Of a stretch of DNA of 64,000 bases, positions 32,964 to 44,825 are shown in pieces. Position 1 is the stretch's first letter. The number at the start of each line of letters is the position of its first letter. The notes beneath the pieces are model-generated. The model was not told where the DNA came from. It did no database searches and saw only the letters and a list, made by a program, of their open reading frames with translations. Location: positions 82,368 to 146,367 of IMG/VR virus record IMGVR_UViG_2904150443_000004, one strand, 5' to 3'. This stretch comes from a virus (Duplodnaviria; Caudoviricetes). The position numbers and the translations under genes were made by a program.

Positions 32964-33905
32964 ATGCTTGATATCTGTTCAATTGAACTGGGATTTGGTT
33001 GGACAAAGGGAACATTCAAGAATAGGGTGTTTAGGCAGCCATCAATAACAGGTGAATCTAAACCAATGTTTGATTACAAGAAGGATGATTTTGTATTCAA
33101 TGAGCAATACTTTGTGGGCGACTTAGCACTTAGACAAAGTGACATTAAGTATTTTTCAATGAAAGATAACAAAGCAAGTGAGATTGATGTTACTGACACC
33201 TTACTTCAGACAGGGATAGGATACTTAACACGTTCTGCCCCTTGTAATGTAATTAGTACATTACCCATCAAGTTTTATTTCAACCAGAAGGAAGAACTAG
33301 AAAATAAAATATTGGATTTAAACAACATCGAACCATATAATATAAGATGTGGACTAAGAAATTCTTTCTCGGTAACACCCAATATTCATGAGATTAAAAT
33401 CACACCCCAAGGACAAGGGATAGCAATGGACTTCCTTCTAGATAATGAAGGTAAGATTGCAAAGAGAGAATTTGCAAAGAAGAGAATCCTTGTCTTGGAT
33501 TTAGGCTTCTACACATTAAATATATTGGGCTTAGATAAGTTAGAAATTATGCCTCTTTCAACCACACTTCTGCTCGGTGTGGATACAGCATATAAATTAC
33601 TTCAGCGTTATATTCAAGAGAAAGTTGGGAAGTCTCCAGCACGATACGAGTTAGATCAATACGTTATCTCTGGAAGATATGAGGGATATGACATTAGGCC
33701 ACTGATTAAGCGAGCATTTAAAGCCTTAGCGATTCAAATTCAAAATGAAGTTGAAGGGTTGAATGTAAGTTTTGATGTTTGTTTAATTGGTGGAGGAGCA
33801 GCACATCAAATTTTCGAATTTATTAGTTTTGAGGAGAAATATTTATTTGACCAGTTAGCCCAAGTAAGAGGTAATGAGAAGATAGGTATGAGAACATGGA
33901 AGTGA
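32964..33905 (+). CDS. ParM/StbA-family actin-like ATPase
   Basis: IELGFGWTK, PQG, VLDLGFYT and IGGGA actin-fold motifs. Confidence 0.85.
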   Translation: MLDICSIELGFGWTKGTFKNRVFRQPSITGESKPMFDYKKDDFVFNEQYFVGDLALRQSDIKYFSMKDNKASEIDVTDTLLQTGIGYLTRSAPCNVISTLPIKFYFNQKEELENKILDLNNIEPYNIRCGLRNSFSVTPNIHEIKITPQGQGIAMDFLLDNEGKIAKREFAKKRILVLDLGFYTLNILGLDKLEIMPLSTTLLLGVDTAYKLLQRYIQEKVGKSPARYELDQYVISGRYEGYDIRPLIKRAFKALAIQIQNEVEGLNVSFDVCLIGGGAAHQIFEFISFEEKYLFDQLAQVRGNEKIGMRTWK

Positions 33906-34162
33906 AAGTGATTCAAGCACGACTCAGACCAAAAAGAGATGATGATTTGAAGAAAGCCTTTATGGAACTTCCTGATCATGTAGATAAAGCAGACATAATA
34001 AGAGAGGCTATGAGACAGTATTTCTTTGGTGGTGGTTTGAAAAACAATGCAGTCAATAATATTAAACTTGTTAATGATGATAGTTCATCAATAATGATCA
34101 ATAAAGTTGAAGACTCAGATGACGACTTGGACGCAAAATTGGATTTTACGTTAGATATATAA
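33896..34162 (+). CDS. ParR-like ribbon-helix-helix adaptor
   Basis: beta-strand then DIIREAMRQY, acidic tail; overlaps parM. Confidence 0.65.
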   Translation: MEVKVIQARLRPKRDDDLKKAFMELPDHVDKADIIREAMRQYFFGGGLKNNAVNNIKLVNDDSSSIMINKVEDSDDDLDAKLDFTLDI

Positions 34163-34673
34163 ATAAAATATGTAGGTACATAATTGTATCTACAATACAT
34201 AGATATTAAGGGTGAAGTAAATAATGTTTATAGAATGCTACGGAGATTATACAATTGTTGGTAGAATTAGTGATGTGTTTTATATAGAAGGGGTAGAATC
34301 TTTAGAAGAGCTTCAGGAGATTATAAAGAGCAAGACACCAATTGAATGTTGGGAACCAACAATGTATGACAAAGGACGTATTGCATATTCAGAAGGTTTG
34401 AGAAAAAGAATTGTTTATCTAAATAACTACATGAAAATTAAACAAAGACACTTTTATCTTCTAGATCAAAATGAAAGAAAAGAAATTGAAAATAAAGTTT
34501 GTAAAACATGTAAATGTAATGATGGTTCTTTTACTGGAGCACTAAGCTGTAACTATCATGCCAGTTCAAATGAGGGCTGTTTGAATTACGAAAAATCGCT
34601 ATATGCATCTGCAATAAGTTGGCTAAAAGGTGGAAAATCAGGTGATAAAACATGAGTTTCATAGGGGGCAACA

Positions 34674-35813
34674 ATGAATAAAGAGGCAAGCATTAATTGT
34701 TATGACACTTCAATAAGGGTTTGGCAAGATGAAGAATATTCTCATCCAACACTTAAAAAGGTTTTTGCATTGCTTAAATCCAGAGGTTTTACTATTGCTA
34801 ACGATACTGATGTAAGTAAGATTATTCGCAGAAATTATTTCATTGGGTATAAAGGCGACTTAAAATTCTATTCTCGTAAATATCCAGCAGGATTTGAAAT
34901 TGAATTCTACCAAGAAGTAAATTATGAAAATAGAAATGGTGGACGATATGACTCTAATAAGTATAAAAAGATGCCATACTTGATTAAAAAGCAATTCGAA
35001 TTAGAAAAACGGAAAATTATATGCTTGCTTAAGGAAAATGGATACCAAGACAAATCTAAAGAGAAAAGAAAAAATGCTCACGAGCAGGTTATGCTACATA
35101 TAAATGATCCTGATAGACATTGGTCTTCTGAAAAGATACCAGACTATAACGCTTTAGATAAAGATAAGCGTAGAATTAATAATGGTGATGTAAAGTATTT
35201 TAGGGATTACAAAGGGGTTCTACAGAGAGGTACTGTGTATCACAATATTAATAACATGTGGTGGGTAGTAATTAATAAGAATGAATATAGCAACATAGCA
35301 TGTTTTTATCTGTTTGATCTGGATTCAGTTGAAGAGAATAAAATACATAAATTAATTAAGAGATCAGGACACCACAATCCAAAGTCACGTTATCAGCCAA
35401 GTGAACAGGAATTTGCACAATTCGCAAAAAAGGCGAGACTTTTGAAACGAGCAGGTAGAGTTAATGAAATCAACCTAATACTTGAATATCTTTATGATAA
35501 TAATTGGATGTCTAGGAAGTTTGAGTTCTTCAAGAAGCCGAACAGTAGGTTAGGCTTAAAAGAATACGAAGGAAGACCGTTTGGACTGTACAGAAAGTTT
35601 GACGAACCATGCTATATTAGCTTAGATAAGAGAGATCTTCCAATGTCATCAACAGAGTCAGGATGGATTAGAAGTTTAGAAAAGTATATTAGAAACGGAA
35701 AACCATCAGTTGGTAATTGGTTTTGTGCAGACAGCAATGGTGAAGGAAGTATGGCATATATTTGGCCTGAAGTGCGAATGAAGCTTCTCAGTATTGGTGC
35801 TATGGGCAAATAA
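34674..35813 (+). CDS. hypothetical phage protein
   Basis: 379-aa ORF after motif 34646; NRNGGRYD and HNINNMWWV motifs. Confidence 0.65.
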   Translation: MNKEASINCYDTSIRVWQDEEYSHPTLKKVFALLKSRGFTIANDTDVSKIIRRNYFIGYKGDLKFYSRKYPAGFEIEFYQEVNYENRNGGRYDSNKYKKMPYLIKKQFELEKRKIICLLKENGYQDKSKEKRKNAHEQVMLHINDPDRHWSSEKIPDYNALDKDKRRINNGDVKYFRDYKGVLQRGTVYHNINNMWWVVINKNEYSNIACFYLFDLDSVEENKIHKLIKRSGHHNPKSRYQPSEQEFAQFAKKARLLKRAGRVNEINLILEYLYDNNWMSRKFEFFKKPNSRLGLKEYEGRPFGLYRKFDEPCYISLDKRDLPMSSTESGWIRSLEKYIRNGKPSVGNWFCADSNGEGSMAYIWPEVRMKLLSIGAMGK

Positions 35814-35832
35814 AAATTGGAGGGGAATAGTA

Positions 35833-36372
35833 TTGAATAATGTTTGGTTCATATCAGACCCACATTTTGGACACAAGAATATCATAAAATATGAAAATCG
35901 TCCTTTTGTAGATGTGGAGCATATGGATAATGTAATTATTGAAAACTATAATAAAACTGTTAATGATGGAGATATGGTATTCTGGTTGGGAGATATGTTT
36001 TTTTGCAACGCTAAAAGAATCGATTACATCTCAAATCGCCTTAAAAGCACAAGAAACATATTAATTAGAGGTAACCATGACAAGGGGATTACTGATGGGA
36101 AATTTAAAAAGCTTGGCTTCATGCCGTATAAAATGTATCAGTGGGGAAATTGTATCTTGACACATGAACCACTTTCCGAAGTGAATTTGAACTATTTAAA
36201 AGATATCGGAATCTGGCTAAACATACATGGACATACCCATTCAGAAAATCAGCACCTAGATCCCAAAAAATACTTTTGTGCATCGGTTGAGAATACAGAT
36301 TATAGGCCTATTAATGCAACAGAGATTGAAATAAAAGTTATTTCGGCTTCTAAACGTAAAAGAATGCAATAA
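35833..36372 (+). CDS. calcineurin-like metallophosphoesterase
   Basis: SDPHFGH, LGD, RGNHD, HGHTH. Confidence 0.88.
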   Translation: MNNVWFISDPHFGHKNIIKYENRPFVDVEHMDNVIIENYNKTVNDGDMVFWLGDMFFCNAKRIDYISNRLKSTRNILIRGNHDKGITDGKFKKLGFMPYKMYQWGNCILTHEPLSEVNLNYLKDIGIWLNIHGHTHSENQHLDPKKYFCASVENTDYRPINATEIEIKVISASKRKRMQ

Positions 36373-36776
36373 AAGATTCATTTTAAGAGGTGTCGATTTT
36401 GAGTATCAAAATGTTGCATATAACTTTGCAATTAAAAAACATAAGTAAAGGGGAGTAAAACAATGTCACTTTCTTTAAAACAAGAACAACCTGAAGTCAT
36501 AACTGTTGGCAATATGAAATTTACTGAGTCACAACTAAAGGCGCTTCATTCTGGAGTACTTAAGGTTTTTAGTGCTGTACATGACCTGGACAATCCTTTA
36601 GTTTTTACGCCTTCAGAAACAGCAGTATGGGGTAAGGTTATGTTTGATATTGAAAGAGCTGGAATAGTAAATACATATAAATAAAAAATAATAAATATAA
36701 ATAAAAATATTGATTTATGTTAATTAAAACTGTTATGATAATCTCATCAAATCAGAAAGGAATGAACAAGTAAAAA

Positions 36777-38465
36777 TTGCAATGGAGACAAAAGAAACCT
36801 AAGACATCTTATCTAGATAGTGATCCAATCATCAACAAGCTTGCAGCAATCAATGGTATAAGTAACCTAAGGGAATTTATTAAACCAAGCAGGGATCATT
36901 TTCATAGTCCATATCTTCTACGAAACATTGTACCTGCGAGTAAACGAATCATTCAAGCCATACAGAACGGCGAGAACATCTCTATACATATTGATATTGA
37001 CGCAGACGGTGTTACGTCTGGTGGAATTAAATATAATCACTTAAGAAAATTCACTGATAAAGTTAAATACTTTCATGCTCAGAGATCCGACGGACATGGA
37101 GTATACCATATGAAAGATAAGATACCAGAGGGAACAAGCTTGCTAATCATCGTGGACAGTAGCTCAAATGAGGTACAAACGTGTAAGGAAATTAGCGAGC
37201 GTGGAATAGATATTATCATTATTGACCATCACATTATCAGCGATGAGAATCCATACTGTATCCTTATTAATGATAAACACAGGGATTGCCAGTACCCAAA
37301 CAAAGACACATCTGGAGCACTATTAGCTTGGAAAGTATGTCAGGTTATTGATGATATGTTAGGTGTAAATTATTCAAACGATCTTATAGATTTAGCTGGA
37401 CTTGGGCTGCACGGAGATCAAATGTCTATGATTCAAATGGAGAATCGAGCTCTTGTAAATGAATCTTTGAATAACATCAAAAATAATGGCCTTAAAGCTA
37501 TTTTAAAGATTGCGAAGAAAGACATTGATAAGCTGAACGCTAGTGATTTTGCCTTTACCATAACACCATTTATAAACGCAGCAACAAGACTTGATAAGAT
37601 TGAGTTAGCATTTGAAATGTTAATCGCAGAGACTGAAAAAGAGGCTCTAAGTTTAGCCAAGAAACTACATAGTCTTAATAGTCAAAGAAAGCTTACACAA
37701 AAAGAAGCAATTGAAAGAATTATACCGACTTTAGATTTAAGCAATCAATGTTTAGTGGTAGTTGATAGTTCATTAGGTAAAAACATGAATGGCCTTGTTG
37801 CTTCTGACTTGGCGAATAGATATCAACGTCCTGTAGTTGTTTTAGGTAAAGCAAAGGACAATGATGATGAATATCATGGTAGCTTTCGTTCAATCGGTTT
37901 CTTCAAGTTCCTAGATTTTGTTGAGAATATACCTGAAGTACTCTTTAGTGGGGGTCACCAAGCTGCTGGTGGTGTTGGAATTAAAATCTGTGACTTGGAG
38001 AAATTCCAGAAATCACTAAATAATGGTCTTAAAAATGAAACATTTGAACAAGTCGTATATTATGATTTGGAACTTGATGTTGAAAACATTGATGAGAATC
38101 TAATTGCTGCTGTAGAAGAGTTTAGTAGATTAAGTGGCAATCAATTCAAAGAACCAAAGTTTCTGATTAAAGGGCTGTACTCACTCAAGAAGGAACCAAT
38201 AGGTGAAAATAAAGATACTCTCAGAGTATCAGGATGTCCAGAATCATCTACATGGTTCGTAAATGATGAGGATATTGAAGGAATAAAGCCAAGCATCCTT
38301 GCTATGAAGTTCAGAACAAGCAATGAGTTTATTGATGACTTTCCTGAGAAGAGAGCGGTTGATATAGTAGGCAGCTTGAATCTGAATGAATGGGTAAGAT
38401 ACAAGCCTCGCTATCAAGTAGTAAGAACTATGCAAATTTTTATTGAAGATTACAAAATAAGATAG
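36777..38465 (+). CDS. recJ: RecJ-like ssDNA exonuclease (DHH)
   Basis: DIDADG, IDHH, PFINAATR, GGHQAAGG. Confidence 0.9.
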   Translation: MQWRQKKPKTSYLDSDPIINKLAAINGISNLREFIKPSRDHFHSPYLLRNIVPASKRIIQAIQNGENISIHIDIDADGVTSGGIKYNHLRKFTDKVKYFHAQRSDGHGVYHMKDKIPEGTSLLIIVDSSSNEVQTCKEISERGIDIIIIDHHIISDENPYCILINDKHRDCQYPNKDTSGALLAWKVCQVIDDMLGVNYSNDLIDLAGLGLHGDQMSMIQMENRALVNESLNNIKNNGLKAILKIAKKDIDKLNASDFAFTITPFINAATRLDKIELAFEMLIAETEKEALSLAKKLHSLNSQRKLTQKEAIERIIPTLDLSNQCLVVVDSSLGKNMNGLVASDLANRYQRPVVVLGKAKDNDDEYHGSFRSIGFFKFLDFVENIPEVLFSGGHQAAGGVGIKICDLEKFQKSLNNGLKNETFEQVVYYDLELDVENIDENLIAAVEEFSRLSGNQFKEPKFLIKGLYSLKKEPIGENKDTLRVSGCPESSTWFVNDEDIEGIKPSILAMKFRTSNEFIDDFPEKRAVDIVGSLNLNEWVRYKPRYQVVRTMQIFIEDYKIR

Positions 38466-41195
38466 GAGAGATATCCATGGGACACTTCTTTCAAATTGGT
38501 GATATGGTCGAAATTTACTCACAAAGTCACAATCTATATGGTAAAATCGGTTCTGTTTTAGAGACAAAGAACTGGAAATTATCAGGTCAAATGAAACAAG
38601 ATATTAAAATACGTATTAATGGAATGGATATTTGGACTCCTTCAGAGGATTGTTTGATTTATTAATAAGAGAATAAAATTTGAATTTTATGAGGAAAGGT
38701 ATGAAACTAAATCTTGACGAATTCAGAAATTATTAATTTATGGATTAATGAGCAAATTGAAGCAGGTAAAACAGATAAGGATATAGACGGAACAACATTC
38801 TACGATAAAAGTGATGTGTATACAATTAAGAAAACTAAACGTAAACATATCTTTGATTTGAAGTGTACACTTGGTGGGGGTATCGACCTCAATTCATTGA
38901 AGAATATCTATGTTAACATCGAAAAAAAATAAATCTTAATTGGAAGATCATGAAAACTATCTTCAAAGGAGATTGACTATGGATAAGATTATGGTATCTA
39001 TCACAAAGGCTGAATACGAAAGTTTGCTTGATGATAGTAACAAGTTAGGCTGCTTAGAGGCTTATGGTGTTGATAATTGGCAGGGGTACAGCTATGCAAT
39101 GGAGATGTATGAAGAGATGAAAGTGGAATGATGAAGATGGAGTTTAATCTGAGAGTTGGAGACGATGGTATGCCTTGTATTCATGCATCAGTGGTAGGAA
39201 GTGGAGTTGTTTACCCAAGGGGAGATCATCGATTTGAATATTCAAAGCAAAATATGTATATGAGTGAATACAAAATAAAAGGTTGCCAAGATCAGAGACG
39301 ATTTATCATTTCCATAAGACTAGATGGAATAGATGGGAAATGCAAACTAACACAAATGAACTTTCGTCATGATGACATGTTGGAACTTAGGAACAAAATT
39401 GATGAATTACTCAGGTATAAGGCGACACGATGAAAGAAGAGTTTTATGGAGAAAGAGGTGAGAAATATTCCAGAGTTTATCTATGAAACTAAAAACGGTA
39501 AATACTCATTTGAAGACACAGGAAGTTGTATCGTTATTTGGAGGAATGGTAGGAAATGGGGATCACCACCGATGGATGGTGCACTAAGATCAGTAATCAA
39601 TGATTTAATTGAACTTAGAGAAGAAAACTGTAGGCTTAAAGAAGAGTTGAGTGACTATACGAGAAAACTGATTAATGCTCGATCATCAACTGCTATACCG
39701 TTTCATAAGATGAGCGAGAAGGCTCGACGAGAGACGGTCGAAGCAATGCTTGATGAATAATTTTTGAAAGAGGATTTTCATGAGGGAAGGAGATTATAAA
39801 TGGCTGAAGGTGTAGTAAGAGCAGTACCCAAGGAACCGTTAATCGGTGAAGAGATAGCTTCAAAGCATGGCTATGAGATCAATAATGCACTATGGCAGCT
39901 AAAAGCATTCCATACTGAACACGGAGGAAGTCCAGTAATTACAGGAGTTGTTACTTTGGATGCAACAATTAGATCTAGAACTGTTCCCAGATATAAGCTG
40001 CTTTTCCCGGATGGGTTTATTGACTACGCAAAAGTTGATAATTTTGATACGTTCTACATTTTAGTTCCAGAATCATTTTAACCAAAACTGCGAGTATAAA
40101 ATTATGGGGAGATAATTGTATATGAGTGATAAACTATATTTTAAGATAAAGCAAGGGACTAAATATGATAAAGCAGTAAAAGAGCACTTCAAACTCAGAA
40201 AACTTTGGACTAATGTCTTTCCTTTAGTGAGTGAGTTATTAAGTGAGCAGATTACAAGAATCGCACGTCATCCAGATGATTTATACATAGATACTTCAGA
40301 AATAAAAAATGAAGAGAATAAAAAACTATTTAACCGAGAAGGAAAGCTGAAATCGAACACAAAGAGAGCAAAAGAGATCCATGAAGAATATAAGAGAATT
40401 ATTCAAAAAGTTGGATTAACTGAATTTAGAGATCTAGGTACGATTAACTTTATCTATGGTGTAATGAGACTTTCAGGAGAGCACTTAAAGAGTTACCGTA
40501 CAAGTGATGATGATATTTATTACGAATGTGATTTTGATCTTGAAAAGCGTTCTAATGGATTAGTTGTGCCAATTACTGAGATCGAATATCAAGAAAAGTA
40601 TCTTGAAGAGCTAAAGAAGTAAAAGGAGGAAGACGAATGAAAGCAGATAATGCGTTTTTATCAGCCTTAATCAATAAGCTTCAGGAAATAAGTGATAATA
40701 CATGTGATCTAAATACCCAAACTGAGATAGATGAATTGATTGAAGCTGCTGTTAACTCATTAGAATAAAATAACCATTTCAAAGGAGGAAAGACAATATG
40801 CATATCGTTGAATTTACCACAGAAGAACTATGGGATATTGTGAATGGAAAGCATGAGTTTGCTCATATTGTACAAGAAAATACACACCGTGAAGGATGGT
40901 ATATCTACTATGAGGTAATCTTCCAGTCTAATGGAGTTATGTATTCATTCGGCTACAAAGAGCACACTTCACCAAACGTTGCAGAGCGTGAAATCGTTAA
41001 AGAGTCAAAACCGCTTGATGTGCAGCCTGTACACGTAAACCCTGATGAAGAGGCGCGGTTTATCTGGAAAGAGTTAATGAAGAGTAATAAAGGATACATA
41101 GGTGTTGAGGATATAAAAGAAATTATTGAATTACAAGGAAAATATTTAGAGAGTATTAATATTTTCATTTAAAAAATCGAAAGGGAGTATATAAC

Positions 41196-41642
41196 ATGGT
41201 ATTTTGGACAATTGTATTTTTTACCATAAGTTTACTTGCTGTTTTCAACAAGGGAATATTCTTTGAAACAATCAATAAATTGAATTTACTAAAAATCGAA
41301 AAAGCTGAAGGAATGAGTGAAGACGAATTCAATGAAAAGTCAGTCAAGCAGGGATGTGTTCCACTCGCTTTAGCTATTATCTTACTTATCATTGAAGTAT
41401 ATTATTTAATTCAAGCCATTAATTATGATACGTACAAATATCCAACTGTGACAGCTATTTTTCTAATCATTATCGGGTTATTAGCCAATAAGAAGATTAA
41501 AAAGGTAGAAGATATGAGCGAGAACGAGAGAATTGTTTATAAGGCTGAAATACTTGCAAATAAACGCACACTATGGAGCTTAGTTAAATCAATTTTTTGG
41601 ACTGTGTACTTTGGCTATATGTTTTATATTCTAGTATTTTGA
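41196..41642 (+). CDS. membrane protein
   Basis: about 4 hydrophobic segments. Confidence 0.65.
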   Translation: MVFWTIVFFTISLLAVFNKGIFFETINKLNLLKIEKAEGMSEDEFNEKSVKQGCVPLALAIILLIIEVYYLIQAINYDTYKYPTVTAIFLIIIGLLANKKIKKVEDMSENERIVYKAEILANKRTLWSLVKSIFWTVYFGYMFYILVF

Positions 41643-42076
41643 AGGAGGGATTGGCTAATGAAAGCAAAGTTTCATGGTATTGAAGTAGAAGGAACAGTAG
41701 AGGAAATTGTAAAACTGAAGAGCATTCTTGATGGACAAAGGAAAAAGGATACCGTTATTTATCATACAGTAACTTTACAAAATTCAAAAGAATGTGATTC
41801 TCTAGTTAAAGCTATTCAAGAATCACTTTCACAGCATATGAATTCCTTTAAAAAGCAGAATACTCATAGTTCTATGAAATGTTCTTGCAATGTGTTAGAT
41901 GACATTGAAAAACTAAAAGAAGAATTCAATCTTTTAAAGAATGAGCTCGGTAACAAAGCAGATAAAGGGCATACTCATTCGGTATCCATTAATAATCACA
42001 ATCATGGGAATCCACAAAATCTACAAGGTGGTGGAGGAACGTATATTACTTCTGTAGATCAGGTTTAGTTAATAAG

Positions 42077-42529
42077 ATAACAGTTTTTGATGTTGCAAAT
42101 TTCTTCATACATAGATCACATTCTACTCGTAGGCCAATTGATGTACTGAAGTTACAATGCCTTTGCTATTACGCTCAAGCTTGGAGCTTGGTGTTTAATA
42201 ATAAGCAGCTCTTTACTAGCACTTTTCAAGCAACAGAAAGTGGTGTGCTAAATATGGAGCTGTATAAAAAGTACAGACATTTTGGATGGAATGGAATACC
42301 AGATGTAGAATGTGTGAGCGATATTTATACTGATGATGAATTATGCTTACTTTACGAGGTATGGGATGTATACGGTAAAGAGGATCGAATGTTCTTGAAA
42401 AACTTTGTTCAAACTGAAGCTCCTTGGCTTAAGGCTGTACGAAATAAACATGGCGAGAGGATTATTAATGAGTATGACATGACGAAGTATTATGGCTCAT
42501 TAGTAAACAAAATAATAGAGGTTGATTAA
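42077..42529 (+). CDS. Panacea/SocA-like (DUF4065, GepA-like) antitoxin-domain protein, start codon unclear
   Basis: extended frame reads VFDVANFF...LKLQCLCYYAQAWSL...LF...EAPW. Confidence 0.7.
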   Translation: MTVFDVANFFIHRSHSTRRPIDVLKLQCLCYYAQAWSLVFNNKQLFTSTFQATESGVLNMELYKKYRHFGWNGIPDVECVSDIYTDDELCLLYEVWDVYGKEDRMFLKNFVQTEAPWLKAVRNKHGERIINEYDMTKYYGSLVNKIIEVD

Positions 42530-42754
42530 TGTGGGATACATTGAAGCGATAGCTAATGTTGATTCATTAAGGAGAAGCATTAGAGAACTTTCGCAAATCT
42601 CTTGGGATGAAGTCTTATCACACGTCCCTGAGTCATATGATTTGTTAAATGAGGTTCAGCAGTATATTAAAAGTATCGATGACTCGTCCAAAGAACTTGA
42701 GCTGTTTTTCAAATGAAATCATGTTTCTATTTTATTAATGAAAGGGAAATTAGA

Positions 42755-43534
42755 TTGAATAGTCCAATTAAATGGGTTGGTGGAAAGTCAAGAATGGTTA
42801 AAAAGATGATTCCACTAATTCCTAATCATAAAGGGTATGTTGAAGTTTTTGGAGGAGCAGCATATTTACTATTCGGCAAGGATAGATCTAACTGGGAGAT
42901 TGTTAATGATTTAGATAATGGTCTAATGAACTTTTGGTTTGTAGTTAAGAATGCAAAAGAAGAATTTCTAAATAGCTTCAAGTACACATTAATCAGCCGA
43001 GAGACATTCAATGATTATAAAAAGAAATGGAAAACTGGTAATATTCATGATTCAATTGAAAGAGCACATGTATTCTATTATCTAGTAAATGCAGGCTTTG
43101 GGGCTGATATGAAGAATCCTGTTTTCGGGACAAAAAAAGATAAATTTCCATTGCAGCTAGATAAAATTCATCGAGATATTGATGAAGCCTATGAAAGAAT
43201 TAAAACTGTGGTAATTGAACAATTAGATTTTAGAAAATGCATAGAAAAGTACGACAGCGACGACACTTTCTTTTATATCGATAGCCCATATAGAAACACT
43301 AAAGAGTATGCTGTGGGAAAGTTTACAGACAATGATTATGAAGATTTATATCGTATTTGTAAAAACTGCAAGGGAAAGTGGCTTTATACAATAAACAATG
43401 ATGAATACATAAGAGATTTATTCAAAGAATTCAACATAATTAATCATGAAGTTTATTATAGCGTTTGTAAAACAAACAGCGGAAGACAGGAATTTAAAGA
43501 GTTAATTATTACTAACTATGATATAACAGAATAA
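42755..43534 (+). CDS. DNA adenine methyltransferase (D12/Dam class)
   Basis: PIKWVGGKS, YVEVFGG, NDLD, FYIDSPY (DPPY variant), ELIITNY. Confidence 0.88.
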   Translation: MNSPIKWVGGKSRMVKKMIPLIPNHKGYVEVFGGAAYLLFGKDRSNWEIVNDLDNGLMNFWFVVKNAKEEFLNSFKYTLISRETFNDYKKKWKTGNIHDSIERAHVFYYLVNAGFGADMKNPVFGTKKDKFPLQLDKIHRDIDEAYERIKTVVIEQLDFRKCIEKYDSDDTFFYIDSPYRNTKEYAVGKFTDNDYEDLYRICKNCKGKWLYTINNDEYIRDLFKEFNIINHEVYYSVCKTNSGRQEFKELIITNYDITE

Positions 43535-44471
43535 AATTAATCTTTTATTAGTTAATAAAAATATAAGGAGAATGGTTATGGACAATAAAACTCTAAATGC
43601 AAATAACATTGAGGATGCAAAAGCAAAGATTTCTGATATCGAAGTGTATGGTAATGGAGATACGTTTGAACTGTTGTGCAAGGCAAGCTCTGAATCTCAG
43701 GGCTGGATGAAATCGACAAAGGTATGTAATTTGCCGAATGGATGCTTAGTGCAAGTATCAACCCAACAAAAAAATGTAGACGGTAGTTATAGTGTGGCTG
43801 AGGCAATAACATTTGTCCCTGATGTGAAGATGATTCACTTTGATGGTTGTAATCCTCGCCTTGTTTCTTTGCAGTGAAGCAGAAGTAAATAAGGAGGGTA
43901 ATAGAATAGTGGTGTCAAGAACGAATTAGAACTGATTAGGGAACACGATATTTATATTAACCGATAAAAAAGGAGCTGTTTGGGATTATGGAAAAATTGA
44001 TAGTTAGTGAACTGAACAGATTGCAAGATGATTATTTTGACGCTCAGGAAGAACTATTTTATCACAAAAATAAGTACAATGAATATCGTGATGAGTGTGT
44101 AAAAATTATAGAAGAAATTCGTAAAAACCTAATACGATTGCATGATATTAATCCAGCCAATGAATATGAGATTGAATCTGAAATTATCCTTTAGTCAAAA
44201 TGATACTTGGCTTATATGATAATGAAACAGTTCTTTTATAAGGGGGTGATACTACTGAATAAGTGTAAATTTGAGGTGGGGCACAATTATGGAAACTTGG
44301 ATAACTCAATTGATTACTACAAAGAAAACCATGAGAGTGACATTATTTTTATTAAAGATACATCCGGAGCGATAGTTTCATTTAATCTTGATGAGGCCAA
44401 GAGTGTGATTCAGCGACTAGATGAACTTATTTATGACGTAATGAGAGGTGTGCAACAGGAGGGACGCTAAA

Positions 44472-44825
44472 CTGCTAATAGTGTGGGATTCAAAGACAGG
44501 TAATGTAGAAAGATTCATTAATAAGTTAAGCGTAAGCAATATAAGAATACATAGTGAGTTAATAGTGGATGAACCGTTTGCTCTAGTAACATACACCACT
44601 AAATTCGGAGAAGTTCCAGGCACCACTTTGCAATTTCTAAAGAGTAACTACATGAACCTAAAAGGAGTTGCATCAAGTGGAAACAAAGCATGGGGAAATT
44701 ACTATGGCATGGCTGCTAGTAAAATAGCCGAGATGTACAGTGTACCAATCGTATTAAAGTTTGAGTTAAGTGGAACTAAATCAGATGTTGAATTATTTTT
44801 AATGGAGGCTAAAAAGATTGTCTAA
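44472..44825 (+). CDS. nrdI: ribonucleotide reductase flavodoxin NrdI (probable CTG start)
   Basis: DSKTGNVERF, SSGNKAWG, KFELSG. Confidence 0.9.
   Translation: MLIVWDSKTGNVERFINKLSVSNIRIHSELIVDEPFALVTYTTKFGEVPGTTLQFLKSNYMNLKGVASSGNKAWGNYYGMAASKIAEMYSVPIVLKFELSGTKSDVELFLMEAKKIV

Noticed and set aside
41658-42068. Tail-fibre gene, suggested by KADKGHTH-type repeat
   Set aside because: Single short motif in a 136-aa early-region protein; no structural module in this window
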